Under the pieces are notes generated by a model, which saw only the letters and a list, made by a program, of their open reading frames with translations, did not search any database and had not been told where the DNA came from. A stretch of DNA of 64,000 nt from Gammaproteobacteria bacterium (GTDB lineage Bacteria > Pseudomonadota > Gammaproteobacteria > Competibacterales > Competibacteraceae), in contig JACKNC010000003.1 of NCBI GenBank assembly GCA_024235095.1, forward strand, positions 228,904-292,903, given 5' to 3'. A program made the position numbers and the translations under genes. The first letter of the stretch is position 1. Every line of letters begins with the position of its first letter. Shown one piece after another: positions 9,449 through 20,237 of the stretch.

Positions 9449-10450
9449 ATGAACGATGAGATGACGACGGTGAGTTCCTCAGACGAACCATCCTGGGATC
9501 TGGGTGACCGTGATTGCATCTTCGCAATTGGGGACGTTCATGGAGATCTGGACGCCTTGGTGCGGATTCTCATCGGGTTGGGGATCGTGGATGCGGCGGG
9601 GAACTGGGCTGGTGGATCGGCAAACCTGATTCTGATGGGAGATATCAATGACCGGGGTGCCGACTCGGTCAACGCGATTGCTTTCGTGATGATGCTTCAG
9701 CAAGATGCGCCGCTTCAAGGCGGAGCGGTGCATGCCTTGCTTGGCAATCACGAATTGTTGGTCGCCCAAGGTGATTTCAGGTACGTCGCTGCCCGCGAGG
9801 TCTTGGCGCTTGAGCGCTTCTGGTACGACGACGTGGATGGTCTTCATGCGATCTACCGAGGTAATAGTCCATTCGCGCAGTGGATCCGGCAGAGACCAAC
9901 GATCCTGAAATCAGGGACGACTGTGTTCGTTCATGCGGGCTTGGATGAACGGGTTGTCGGCATCCGTCCTGAGGTCATGAACGCTACGCTCAAATCGTGG
10001 GTGGCGCACTTCCAGGGTGCCGGAGAAGCACCGGATGACGGCTCCATGTGGCTTACCTCGGAGGAAGGGCGTGGACCGCTGTGGAGTAAGGGTTTTAGGG
10101 TTAGTACGGCGTGTGCGCCTTCCGATTCGGATAGAGATCGATCCAAACTTCGAGAATGGCTAGGGTTGCTTGGGGGGAAGCGGCTTGTGGTCGGACACAG
10201 GCCGACCAAGGCGCTGGGCTACGACATTGCGCTTCCGCATCCGACATTTGGCGACCTCGTTACCGCAATCGATACAGGGATCTCCCGGTTCTATGGCGGG
10301 CGTCTGAGCGCCCTGGAGATCCGGGGTGGCGAGCTGCGTCCACGTTACTTCGATCGTGGGAACTCAGATCTTGTGCTTACACAGACGCTTCGACAAAAGT
10401 ACCATTCCGAGCGAGAGGCTATCTCTGGTGGGAAGTCGATCGCTGCCTAA
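9449..10450 (+). CDS. Calcineurin-like metallophosphoesterase (PPP/ApaH-like)
   Basis: Motifs 'GDVHGD', 'GDINDRG' and 'GNHE' occur in canonical order and spacing. Confidence 0.75.
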   Translation: MNDEMTTVSSSDEPSWDLGDRDCIFAIGDVHGDLDALVRILIGLGIVDAAGNWAGGSANLILMGDINDRGADSVNAIAFVMMLQQDAPLQGGAVHALLGNHELLVAQGDFRYVAAREVLALERFWYDDVDGLHAIYRGNSPFAQWIRQRPTILKSGTTVFVHAGLDERVVGIRPEVMNATLKSWVAHFQGAGEAPDDGSMWLTSEEGRGPLWSKGFRVSTACAPSDSDRDRSKLREWLGLLGGKRLVVGHRPTKALGYDIALPHPTFGDLVTAIDTGISRFYGGRLSALEIRGGELRPRYFDRGNSDLVLTQTLRQKYHSEREAISGGKSIAA

Positions 10451-10451
10451 C

Positions 10452-11030
10452 TGCAGCGACCTGCAAACATCGGTGGCTCAGCCTGCAAACATCCGGGCTG
10501 ACCCCGGTTATCTGCCAACGAGGCAGGGCTGAGGCAACCGCTTGTCGTTCAAAAAAAAACGACCGCTTTTCCAGACCGATCCGTGCGACCCGTTCTGTCG
10601 GCCCGGAAGACCATCGCTCAGTCCGAAAAACCGGTTCTATAGTCAAACTGTTTTTAGTTAGTTTATATATTTTCATTAATTTCAGTTATTTATTTCATGA
10701 AAATCAATTAACATAAAACTGTTTTACTATAGCAATCAACGTCCGAATTTCCTAAACGCCGTCGAGTATATCGAACCAAACGACCATCGGAGATGGTGAT
10801 GCAGATCAACGACGTGCAGCGGCTCGCCACCGGTCTGATAGGCTCGGTATCCACAGCATCCAGCCGTTTGCAGATAATTCCGGCCAAGGCGGATGTTTGC
10901 AGGCCGTTGGCGAATAATCAGGGCTGTTAGCAGAATAATGTGAGCCGCAGAGGCCGGATGTTGTCAGCTAATCTGGGCCGGAATCGGCGATGTTTGCAGG
11001 TCGGGCGGCGGATGTTTGCAGGTCGCTACA
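10452..11030. repeat. 579-bp unit bounded by a 20-bp inverted repeat TG(C/T)AGCGACCTGCAAACATC, with 22-bp-phased copies of GATGTTTGCAGG at both ends and an AT-rich core
   Basis: CCTGCAAACATC at 10460 and 10482. GATGTTTGCAGG at 10892, 10989 and 11011, plus a degenerate copy at 10958. The AT-rich stretch runs ~10640-10730. Confidence 0.6.
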
Positions 11031-11299
11031 CCTAGTTTTCCGGTGATCGCCGCCACCCATTGCGGGTAGTTTTCGGGGTCCGGGGAGCAATGGAACAGCG
11101 AACCGATATAAGGATAAATTATTAATTATATTAAATTATTACAGTCATCAGATAATGAAAGTTCAGTAAACTAACCGAAACGAGTTCTTACTGAATTTTG
11201 ATTTCGCAAACCAGTTTTCTGTACTAGTTATTCTACTTTTGCATCCTATGGAAGCGTCCTACCAGCAGGTTCATCAAAACGATGGTTTTATCGAACCGC

Positions 11300-12222
11300 T
11301 TAAGCCGGTTGACTGTTCCATTGCTCCCCGAACCCCTTTTCCGCCGCCGTCTTCAGGGTGTTCCATTGCTTATTCTTCATCTCGACAATCACTATGCGCC
11401 CGTCGGCCTGCACAGCAAACAACATCGTGCCGGATGAAGCGGGTTTGGCTTGGGGGAGTTGATTGATCTTCAGGGTGGGTGTTTTTGCACAACGCCCCGA
11501 AAAGGTGTATTTCAAAACTTGAGAGCCGACGGGCAAATAAACCAAAATATTGAATTGTAGATTTATTTAAGGATAAATTCTCTCTTATAAATCATACTGC
11601 AAAGAAGTTAAACCAGAACCCTTGTAAGTGTTCAGCTTTCAAAAACGGACATTTTCGCAAGATTTTACATATCACTTACAAAACAAACACTAAATACTTT
11701 CATAAACCACTTTCAAAACCTATGGGAATGGCAAGAGGTTTTTGCAACTTTGTTGGAATGCTCCTTTTCGGGGCGTTGTGCAAAACTACCCAGGGTCACA
11801 TCGAGTTTGCCGGGAATGGCCATCGCCATCACCTCCTTGAACAAGGCTTGTCGTTCCGCCGGTGATAACGCCGGAGCGGCGGGGGATGGAGCAGGGCTGG
11901 ACGGCGGCCCGGCGGTTTGCTTGCGGGGCGTTTGGGCCAGCGCCTGTTGTTCAGGGGTCACCTCGCCTGCCGGTTGCCCGGCCAGATCATAGCGCGCCCC
12001 CCCGGTAGCCAGCACCTTCCGGTAGCGAAACGACCGCGTGTATCCCTTGATCGCTCGGCGCATCTGGGTCCGGGTCCAGGCGGCGAACGCCGGATGCTCG
12101 CCGGCCATAGCCATCAGTTCTTCGCCCACGCCAATCTTCAAGGGCTTGGGCGTCTGGCGGTTAAAAACCGCTGGGAAGGTCTCACACAGTCGGTCGATGA
12201 TCGGATTCATATCCAGGGACAT
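11300..12222 (-). pseudogene. ProQ/FinO-family RNA-chaperone-like gene split by a MITE
   Basis: N-terminal part 11792-12222 ('RLCETFPAVFN...PLKIGVGEEL...RRAIKGYTRSFRYRKVLATGGARYDLAGQPAGEVT'). The reading frame resumes at 11476 ('..TLKINQLPQAK..') after removal of the 315-bp insert. Confidence 0.65.
11477..11791 (+). mobile_element. 315-bp MITE, copy 1, with a 5-bp target duplication AGGGT
   Basis: ~29-bp terminal inverted repeats GGGT(G/A)(T/G)TTTTGCACAACGCCCCGAAAAGG. AGGGT is found at 11472-11476 and 11792-11796. There is no ORF. A second copy lies at 29575-29886. Confidence 0.8.
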
Positions 12223-12482
12223 GCAAAAGCCTCATGGCAGCATAAGGCTGTTGAGTGTTGGGGTTTGAAGTCCAACGGAACGAAAACGTACGCTAAGTCG
12301 TAGGTGTCTAATATGTTTTAAGTTTGTGGACATCATAATCTGGCTCAGATAGGGCGTCCATTAAATCGTTTTTTACGCGATGTTCGACTTTTCCGAGGGG
12401 AGATGAGAGCAGGCGGATGCGGCATGGCGATGTGAGCTAAGCTGAGAGGAACCAACCGCCTCAACCGCACGGAGAGACCGCC

Positions 12483-12868
12483 ATGCCGCTCGAAGACTTT
12501 ATCATCACGGTGTTTTGTTGGGTAGACGAACACCTGAATGCCCTGCTCGGGGATCACTGCTTACGCTCGCGAGGCTTCGCCCCCAAGCTGAATGATAGTG
12601 AAGTGATCACGATGGAAGTCGTCGGCGAGTTCTTAGGGCTGGATACGGATGTGGGCATCTGGAAGTACTTCGGTCGTCATTGGCCGTCGTGGTTCCCGGA
12701 ACTCGGATCGCGGACGACGTTTGCCCAGCAGGCGGCGAATCTGTGGGTGATCAAGCAGGGGCTTCATCAGCAGCTGCTGATCGAGTTGGGGGCGGCGACG
12801 GACCCGATTCGCTTGGTGGATGGTTGCCCTCTGCCCCTCTGTGTGTTGACCCGTGCCCCGCACTGTCG
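12483..12868 (+). pseudogene. N-terminal fragment of an IS982-like transposase
   Basis: 'FCWVDEHLNALL...RGFAPKLNDSEVITMEVVGEFLG' resembles IS982-family N-termini. It is interrupted by an IS200-type left end and then by IS6 copy 2. Confidence 0.45.
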
Positions 12869-12965
12869 GTTATTAACAACGTAGAAAACCACGCCCTTAG
12901 GGCGTGGTCAGAGATCAACGGCTTTGCCAGTTGATCGACTCATGGGGTACTACTACGGTTTGTTG
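12869..12965 (+). mobile_element. Left-end fragment of the IS200/IS605 element (same sequence as 26079-26175), truncated by IS6 copy 2
   Basis: ~95 nt identical to the sequence upstream of the IS200 tnpA at 26207, including the hairpin AAAACCACGCCCTTAGGGCGTGGT. Confidence 0.7.
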
Positions 12966-13772
12966 GGTTCTGTTGCGTTAATTTTTTTCGAGCACGATTG
13001 GGTAACCCTTGCAGGTTATTAGGCAGCCAGTGAATAAAATTGTCCTGCGGCGGAGAGATTCGTCCCTTCGGCCATGATCATTTGGCCCTTCTTGATCATG
13101 TGCAGGAGTTCGATGCCCCGCAGGGTGGTCCGAGCAGAATGAAAGCCTTTGAACCCCAGCATGGGGCGGACGATCCGTTTAACGGCGCGATGATCTTGTT
13201 CCACTAAATTATTTAAGTACTTGTTTTGGCGAATCTCAATGGCGGCGCCCGTCTCCTCCTGGAGTGCATCCAGGGCAGCGGTGTTAGCGCCACTCTTATC
13301 GATCGTGACTTTGTCCGGAAGACCGTGCTGCCGTATCGCCTTTTTGAGAAAGCGCAGGGCGGCTTTCTTATCGCGATGCGCCGTGAACAGGAAGTCGATC
13401 GTCTGGCCGTCTCGATCAACCGCGCGGTAGAGGTACTTCCACTGGCCTTTGACCTTAATGTAGGTCTCATCCATCCGCCAACTTGTGCCCACCGGGCGCT
13501 TTTGTCCTTTGCGGAAAGCCGCTTCCAACTGCGGCGTAAACTTCTGGACCCAGCGGTAGACGCTGGAATGATCCACGTCGACACCCCGCTCCGCCAGCAT
13601 CTCTTCCAGGTTCCGATAGCTCAACGGATAGGCGAGGTACCAACGGACACTCGTTAGGATGATGTCTCGTTCAAAGCGGTGGCCTCTAAAATCGATCATG
13701 CGGGTTCTCAAGTCAGGACAGGGGCCGTGTAGCTTACCGAAATCCGACCCTATCAGCTAACGCAACAGAACC
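12966..13772 (-). mobile_element. IS6-family element, copy 2 (intact, 807 bp)
   Basis: Same inverted repeats as copy 1. No direct target duplication (flanks GTTTGTTG and AACCATTG). Confidence 0.9.
13019..13711 (-). CDS. IS6-family transposase
   Basis: 230-aa translation identical to 2265-2957. Confidence 0.9.
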   Translation of the reverse strand: MRTRMIDFRGHRFERDIILTSVRWYLAYPLSYRNLEEMLAERGVDVDHSSVYRWVQKFTPQLEAAFRKGQKRPVGTSWRMDETYIKVKGQWKYLYRAVDRDGQTIDFLFTAHRDKKAALRFLKKAIRQHGLPDKVTIDKSGANTAALDALQEETGAAIEIRQNKYLNNLVEQDHRAVKRIVRPMLGFKGFHSARTTLRGIELLHMIKKGQMIMAEGTNLSAAGQFYSLAA

Positions 13773-13842
13773 AACCATTGTCCCGTCAGCGGGTGAAAGG
13801 GATGAGTGACCTGAAAATGCCGGCGATCACTACCTGCATCGG

Positions 13843-14528
13843 GTGCAGTTAGTGACCTTTTCCTACCCGTTGAGTGATCGGAACTTGGAAGAGATGCGGG
13901 CCGAGCGGGGCGTTGAAGTGAATCATTCCAGCGTTTATCGCTGGGTTCAGAAGTTCACCCCGCAATTGGAGGCGGCCTTCCGCAAAGGGAACCAGCGCCG
14001 GTCAGCAAGAGCTGGCGGATGGACGAGACCTACATTAAGATCAAGGGCCAGTGGAAATATCTTTATCGCGCCGTCGATAAGGCGGGGCAGACCATTGACT
14101 TCTTGCTCACCGCCCACCGCGATAAGAAGGCCGCACTGCGCTTTTTCAAGAAAGCGGTACGATCGCACGGTCTTCCCGATACGGTCACGATCGATAAAAG
14201 CGGGGCGAATACGGCGGCGATCGAATCACTCAAGGAAGAAACCGATCATGCTATCACGATCCGCCAGAGCAAGTATTTGAATAACCTCGTGGAGCAGGAT
14301 CATCAAGCCATCAAACGGCTCGTCAAGCCCATGCTTGGCTTCAACACCTTCCACTCGGCTCGCCGCACCCTGTGTGGGATCGAACTGATGCACATGATTA
14401 AGAAAGGGCAAATGATCACCGTCACCGGGCAGGAGTTATCCCCTGCCGAACAATTCTATTCCTTGGCCGCCTGATTCCACACAGAGATCGTCAGAATCCT
14501 ATCGGTCTCAAAATAACGCAACACAACC
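13843..14528 (+). pseudogene. Second, diverged IS6-family element (type B), 5'-truncated and frameshifted
   Basis: ORFs 13843-14280 and 14019-14474 together read as an IS6 transposase lacking the first ~25 aa. The right inverted repeat TAACGCAACACAACC ends at 14528. Confidence 0.75.
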
Positions 14529-14694
14529 CAATCTTGATGTCGTGGTTACAACCCAAACTGGGTTGACTTTTGAGGTGATTCAGGCCCCGATCTAGGGGCG
14601 CCACAACCACATCGAGTACGAACCGTGGCGACAGCGAACGATCAACTATTCTTGTCGGAAGAAACCGGAAACGCGCCGCGTCGAGGATGAGATC

Positions 14695-16878
14695 ATGAAA
14701 CGAGTGAAAACTGGTGGGGGTTGGCCGGCCATCCGCTACGCTTGGCACAAAGCCCGTGAAGGCGGTCCATGGCGACTCTACCGCGCCATGCGGGGTAAAA
14801 ACGCCTGTAAGAGTTGCGCGCTCGGCATGGGCGGCCAGAAGGGCGGTATGGTGAACGAGGCCAGCCAATTCCCACAGGTCTGCATCAAATCGTTGCAGGC
14901 GATGGTGGGCGATTTGCAAGGCGCGATCCCCGCCACATTCTGGTCCGAACATGCCATCGCCGATCTCCAATCCTGGACATCGCACGCGCTGGAACACAGT
15001 GGTCGGCTGGTGCAGCCGCTGCTGCTGCGCCCGGGCGCCACGCATTTCCAGCCGATCGCCTGGACGGAGGCACTCGACCGGATCGTCGCGAAACTCCGCG
15101 CGACACCACCGCCGGAAACCTTCTGGTATTTCAGTGGCCGCAGTTCCAACGAGGCCAGCTTCCTGTTCCAATTGTTCGCGCGGCTCTACGGCAGCAACCA
15201 TGTCAACAACGTCAGTTATTATTGCCATCAAGCCAGCGGGGTCGGTCTCGCCAGTGTCACCGGCAGCGGGACGGCCACCCTATCTCTCGACGACCTTCAA
15301 CAGGCCGACGTGGTCTTCGTCATCGGCGGTAATCCGGCGAGCAACCATCCACGGCTGATGCATGTGCTCATGCACATTCGCCAACGTGGTGGCCAAGTGG
15401 TGGTCATCAATCCAGTGATCGAAACCGGGCTGGTGAACTTCAGCTCGCCCAGTGAGTGGCGAAGCCTGCTGTTCGGGACCGAAATCGCCAGCCTGTACTT
15501 ACAGCCCGATATCGGTGGCGATCTGGCGCTCTTGACCGGCATCGCCAAGCATATCGACGAAATCGGCGCCAGCGACGAGGTGTTCCTGAACGATCATTGC
15601 AACGGGTGGTCCGAGTTGCGCGCCCAGCTACGCCAGTTCTCCTGGCCAGAACTCTGCTCGCAGAGTGGAGTGATGCAAGAACAAATACAGCGTGCCGCTC
15701 AAATTTATGCCCATGGCCGAAATGTGGTCTTCGCCTGGACCATGGGCATCACCCATCATCGACACGGCGTCGAGAATGTGCAGGCTATCGCCAATCTCGC
15801 GCTGATGCGGGGCATGGTGGGCCGCCCTCACGCCGGTCTGCTCCCGATCCGCGGGCATTCCAACGTCCAGGGGATGGGATCGATCGGCGTCACGCCCAAA
15901 CTCAAGGACACAGTCATAGAGCGACTGGAATCCCATTTCGGCGTCTCCTTGCCGACGGCGCCGGGACTCGACACCCTGGCGTGTCTGGAAGCGGCCCAGG
16001 ATGGGCGGATGCGCGTGGCGCTTTGTCTCGGCGGCAATCTCCATGGCGCCTCCCCCGATTCCGCATTTACCCGCGACGCCTTGGCTCGGCTTGACCTGCT
16101 CGTCCACCTCAACACCAAGCTCAACACCGGCCATGTTCACGGACTAGCCCGAGAGACGCTGATTCTCCCGGTCCTCGCCCGCGACGAGGAGCCGCAACCC
16201 ACCACTCAGGAATCGATGTTCAATTACGTTCGCCTAAGCGACGGCGGCCCGGCCCGGCACGCCGGTCCACGCAGCGAGGTCCAGGTGATCGCGACGCTCG
16301 CGGCGGATGTTCTGGGCGATGCCAAGCAGCCTCTCGACTGGCAAGCCATGGCGGACACGGGGCGAATTCGGGAAGCGATCGCGGCGGTCATCCCCGGTTT
16401 CGAGAAAATGGCCACGATCGACGCGACGCGGGAGGAATTTCATGTGCAGGGGCGTCTTTTTCACACGCCGCGCTTCGCCACCGCCGACGGGCGGGCGCGA
16501 CTACACGTCCACGCGCTGCCTTCTCTCGGCGGTGGGAACGGCGCATTCCGCCTGATGACCGTTCGCAGCGAGGGTCAATTCAACACCGTGGTGTATGAGG
16601 AGCAAGACCTGTACCGGGGTGTCGTCGGGCGTGATGTGATTCTCCTGCACCCGGAGGATATACGGGCGCATGGACTGACGGCGAATCAGCGAATCACCGT
16701 GCGCAGTTCGACCGGGTCGTTGTCCGGTATCCGGGTCATTCCTTTCGAATCGATCAAGGCCGGCAATGCGCTGATGTACTATCCCGAGGCGAACGTGCTG
16801 GTCGGTCGCGATGTCGATCCGCAATCGCACACCCCCGCCTACAAGAATGTTTCGATTACCCTCGATCAAGCTTTGTAG
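14695..16878 (+). CDS. Molybdopterin oxidoreductase, formate-dehydrogenase-alpha-like (YdeP-type)
   Basis: 727 aa with the N-terminal Cys cluster 'KNACKSCALGMGGQKGGMVNE...QVC', then molybdopterin-binding and C-terminal dinucleotide-binding regions typical of this family. Confidence 0.75.
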   Translation: MKRVKTGGGWPAIRYAWHKAREGGPWRLYRAMRGKNACKSCALGMGGQKGGMVNEASQFPQVCIKSLQAMVGDLQGAIPATFWSEHAIADLQSWTSHALEHSGRLVQPLLLRPGATHFQPIAWTEALDRIVAKLRATPPPETFWYFSGRSSNEASFLFQLFARLYGSNHVNNVSYYCHQASGVGLASVTGSGTATLSLDDLQQADVVFVIGGNPASNHPRLMHVLMHIRQRGGQVVVINPVIETGLVNFSSPSEWRSLLFGTEIASLYLQPDIGGDLALLTGIAKHIDEIGASDEVFLNDHCNGWSELRAQLRQFSWPELCSQSGVMQEQIQRAAQIYAHGRNVVFAWTMGITHHRHGVENVQAIANLALMRGMVGRPHAGLLPIRGHSNVQGMGSIGVTPKLKDTVIERLESHFGVSLPTAPGLDTLACLEAAQDGRMRVALCLGGNLHGASPDSAFTRDALARLDLLVHLNTKLNTGHVHGLARETLILPVLARDEEPQPTTQESMFNYVRLSDGGPARHAGPRSEVQVIATLAADVLGDAKQPLDWQAMADTGRIREAIAAVIPGFEKMATIDATREEFHVQGRLFHTPRFATADGRARLHVHALPSLGGGNGAFRLMTVRSEGQFNTVVYEEQDLYRGVVGRDVILLHPEDIRAHGLTANQRITVRSSTGSLSGIRVIPFESIKAGNALMYYPEANVLVGRDVDPQSHTPAYKNVSITLDQAL

Positions 16879-17184
16879 TTGAGGATGTGGAGTTGGAGGA
16901 CGCGCGGCAGCCATGACGGCTGGGCGAAGATCGGAGCGATGGATCACTGGGTCGCTTGCCTTGCCACTGCCATCTGGCTTGATCGATGGCGCGACCTAGA
17001 TAATCTCGTGAGTCACAAGTTCTCATGAATCATGGGGCTGGATAGCATATAATTTATTGAATAATAATTGTTTTTCTTATATAGCAATAACTTGTCGAAC
17101 AGTTGAATTTGAACGACTTCAACAAGTTATTAAAACTTATGACTCACGAGTTAATATTATCATCGCACTTTCAATAATCGCGGA

Positions 17185-17997
17185 GGTAGTCCTGCAGATT
17201 GTAGTGAACCCTTATGCAGTCACGACCGATAGAGAATTGTTATAATGATGGATAAAATACCAAATAGCTCCAATGTGGTTTTCCAGTGTCTTCGAAAAAG
17301 AGAGCGTCTTTCTAACGAGACGAGAAATTCTTTGTCTTAAAGTACCATTGAATCTTTCAATTTTGTAAGTCCGACCCCTTTCTTTGCCTACGGCTTTGTG
17401 ACGTTTGGTTGGGAATATCACCTCATACGCTTCCCAAAAATCGGTATAAGCGACGGCGCATTGGCGATAAACCGGCGGTAGGGAGTCCCACAGTCCTTGA
17501 GCGCCTTTTTGGCTTCGATTACCGACAAAAACGCCGACGATCTCGCTTGTGCCTTGATCAATCGCTAACCAAACCCATTGTTTGTTATTCTTATTTCCTA
17601 CAAAAGACCCCAGTTCGTCACATTGAATCACGAGCCGACCTTTGGGCTTTTTTTAACAGCGACTTGCTGAGGGACTCCTTGATATTTTCGATTGACATCG
17701 CCTTGTAGCCAACGTTCTGAAACCCCAACGACCCGTGCAATACCGGCAATAGGAATTCGTTCTAATAACAGTTTGTCGATTAAATCCTTTTTATCTTGCG
17801 AAATTCTATTCTCTGGATTTTCGACAAATTGTCGACTGCAATCTTTGCAAGAAAACGTGGGCTTGCCGTTGTGAATGCTGCCGTTTTTTACAACATTGAC
17901 GGAATGACAATTAGGACAAATCATCGCTCTTTACTGACTCTATTTGTTACCACTAAAATCATACCATAAATTAATCACTACTTTCTACAGGACTACC
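17185..17997 (-). mobile_element. IS1-family element, type 1 (813 bp)
   Basis: Inverted repeats GGTAGTCCTGCAGATTGTAGTGA (17185-) and TCACTACTTTCTACAGGACTACC (-17997) enclose InsA/InsB-like ORFs. Confidence 0.8.
17212..17924 (-). CDS. IS1-family InsA/InsAB' transposase with a frameshift at an A7 run (17648-17654)
   Basis: ORF 17628-17924 is a Zn-finger + HTH protein ('CPNCHS...CKDCSRQF'). ORF 17212-17631 has 'CDELGSFVGNKNNKQWVWLAID...IERFNGTLRQRISRLVRKTLSFSK'. The two overlap at TTAAAAAAAG. Confidence 0.8.
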
Positions 17998-18929
17998 CCC
18001 GGAAGTACTTCGGTCTCAAGAAAGGTGTCACCGCCTACACACTGGTCGCTAACCACGTCCCGATCAACGCTAAAATCATCGGTACCCACGAGCACGAGCG
18101 CCATTTCGTCTTCGACCTGCTCTACAACAACATGACGGAGATTCGGCCGGAGCGACATTCGACTGACACCCATGGAACCAACCAGGTTAACTTCTGGATC
18201 CTGATGATGTTTGGCTACCAGTTCGCACCCCGCTACCGGGATCTGCATAAAAAGATGGATACACTGATTGGCTTCCATCCTCCCAGTCACTACGCTGACG
18301 ATCTCATTAAACCCGCCCGCCAGGTGTTCGAGGGGCTGATCATCCGGGAGTGGCCTAACATTCAGCGCCTCATGGCTTCCCTCGCGCAGAAGGATGTGAC
18401 CCAGGCGACCCTGATCCGCAAGCTCAATTCCTTTATCCGCCAGAACCAGACCAAGAAAGCACTGTGGGAACTTGATGGCCTGTGCCGGACTCTTTACATC
18501 CTCGACTATATCGACGATGTCGGTTTGCGGCAGAACGTCCAAAAGGCGTTGAATCGCGGCGAAGCCTATCATCGTTTCCGCCGAGCCATCGCCTACGTCA
18601 ATGGCGGGAAGTTTCGGGTCAAGACCGAGGCTGAACAGCACCTCTGGAACGAATGTTCACGACTCCTTGCCAATGCCATCATCTACTACAATACGGCCCT
18701 CCTGTCTCGTATCTACGAGCAACAGCAGGCGGCCGGCGACGTGGCGGTGCTGGACCTGATCAAGGCGATCTCCCCCATCGCCTGGCAGCACATCAATCTG
18801 TTTGGAAACCTGGATTTCAACGCCGCTCAATCCAACCTCGACTTGGAAGCGCTGGCCGCACGCTATGCCGGCCCGGAATACTGGCGTCAAGGCTGGTCGG
18901 ATGATCCCGAGGACCCTCCACTCCATTAG
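17998..18929 (+). pseudogene. C-terminal ~310 codons of a Tn3-family transposase, 5'-truncated by the IS1 element
   Basis: '...HSTDTHGTNQVNFWILMMFGYQFAPRYRDL...' and 'NAIIYYNTALLSRIY' are hallmarks of the Tn3 TnpA C-terminus. The frame is open from the IS junction. Confidence 0.8.
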
Positions 18930-18973
18930 CAAAGGCTGATTTTTACCTTTTCGAGGGGTTGGGCAAATTTAGT

Positions 18974-20148
18974 CTAGTGGGCTGACACAGAAGTTTTGAC
19001 AGGTTCAGAGGTTTCTAGGTCCACCGGGGTTTCAGAAGATTTCAAGGGAGGATAGAGGCGCTTGAGTTTGACCCGGGCCAAGTCGGTGCCGAACTGCCAG
19101 TGGATTTTGGTCTGACGTAGGTTGCGTGGGCCTTGCCAAGCGGCGATTTCCTTCCGCAAAGTTTCGAGGTTCGCAATGCGGCGATTCAAACACTGGCCGG
19201 CGAGAACAGCGAACTCACATTCCGCCATATTGAGCCAACTGCCATGCTTGGGGGTGTAATGAAATTCGAGCTTGCGGGTGATCCGGCGGGCTTCCTCTGG
19301 AGAAAAGACACTATACAAGGCCGCAGGAGTGTGGGTATTGAGGTTATCCACGACCAACCGGATTCGCTCCGCCTTCGGAAAGTACACATCAACGAGTTGC
19401 TGCATTTGCTGGGCAAAATCGCGTTTGGTGCGCTGTTTCGTGACATTAACATGACGCCACCCGCGCAAGGGTTGTACGAATAGAAATAAATTGGCGGTGC
19501 CTTCGCGTTTGTATTCACAGTCATAGCGCGCCGGTTGACCCGGGCGGGCGGGTTGAGGACAGCGGGTTTCGCTGGTCAATTGCACCGGACTTTCATCGAA
19601 GCACACTTGGGGGTATTGAGGATCATCGGGTTCGGCGTACAGGTCCAACACATCCTCCATATGCCAAACATAATCGGGACTGACACTGGGAATACACCAT
19701 TCTTGACGTTGCCAGGGTTTGAGGTCGTTTTTTTAAGGATGCGCCGCACACTCTCACGGGAAATGGCTTCGATGGGCCGGAGTTCCATGAAGCGGTCCGC
19801 TAACAATTGGAGAGTCCACTGACAACGGCCAGCGGGCGGGGTACTACAGGCCAAGGCGACCAGAAAGGCGGCCTGTTTGCCGGTCAAGGCCGGGGGCAAA
19901 CCGACTCGTGGCCGCTCGCTTAACGCCGCCAGCAACCCTTCGTCGACAAACCGTTGACGGGTACGATGAACGGTCGAAATCCCCAAGTGAAGGCTTTGGG
20001 CAATGGCCTCATCCGTCGCCCCTTCCGCAGCCTGCAGCAACACATGGGCACGGGCAACCTTGCGCGCCGCTGCCTTGCCTTTATGAATGACCTTCAGCAG
20101 GTCTTCCCGCTCCTCTTCAGTTAGATCAACCAGATACTTGTGGGCCAT
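18974..20148 (-). CDS. IS630-family transposase (-1 frameshift required)
   Basis: Both ORF translations are identical to copy 1. Confidence 0.8.
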
Positions 20149-20221
20149 GGTGATTCCTCCTGTTGATCTCAACCATAGGGCACCCACCGCTACCTGTCAA
20201 AACTTCTGTGTCAGCCCACTA
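18975..20221 (-). mobile_element. IS630-family element, type A, copy 2
   Basis: Same inverted repeats and length as copy 1. Confidence 0.9.
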
Positions 20222-20237
20222 GAATACGATTCTATAT

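Noticed and set aside
14491-15231. 246-aa minus-strand ORF overlapping the start of the molybdopterin oxidoreductase gene
   Set aside because: It is antisense to a well-supported CDS and has no motif. The many other overlapping ORFs in 14.7-16.9 kb were rejected for the same reason.
17985-18641. 218-aa minus-strand ORF
   Set aside because: It is antisense to the Tn3-family transposase fragment.
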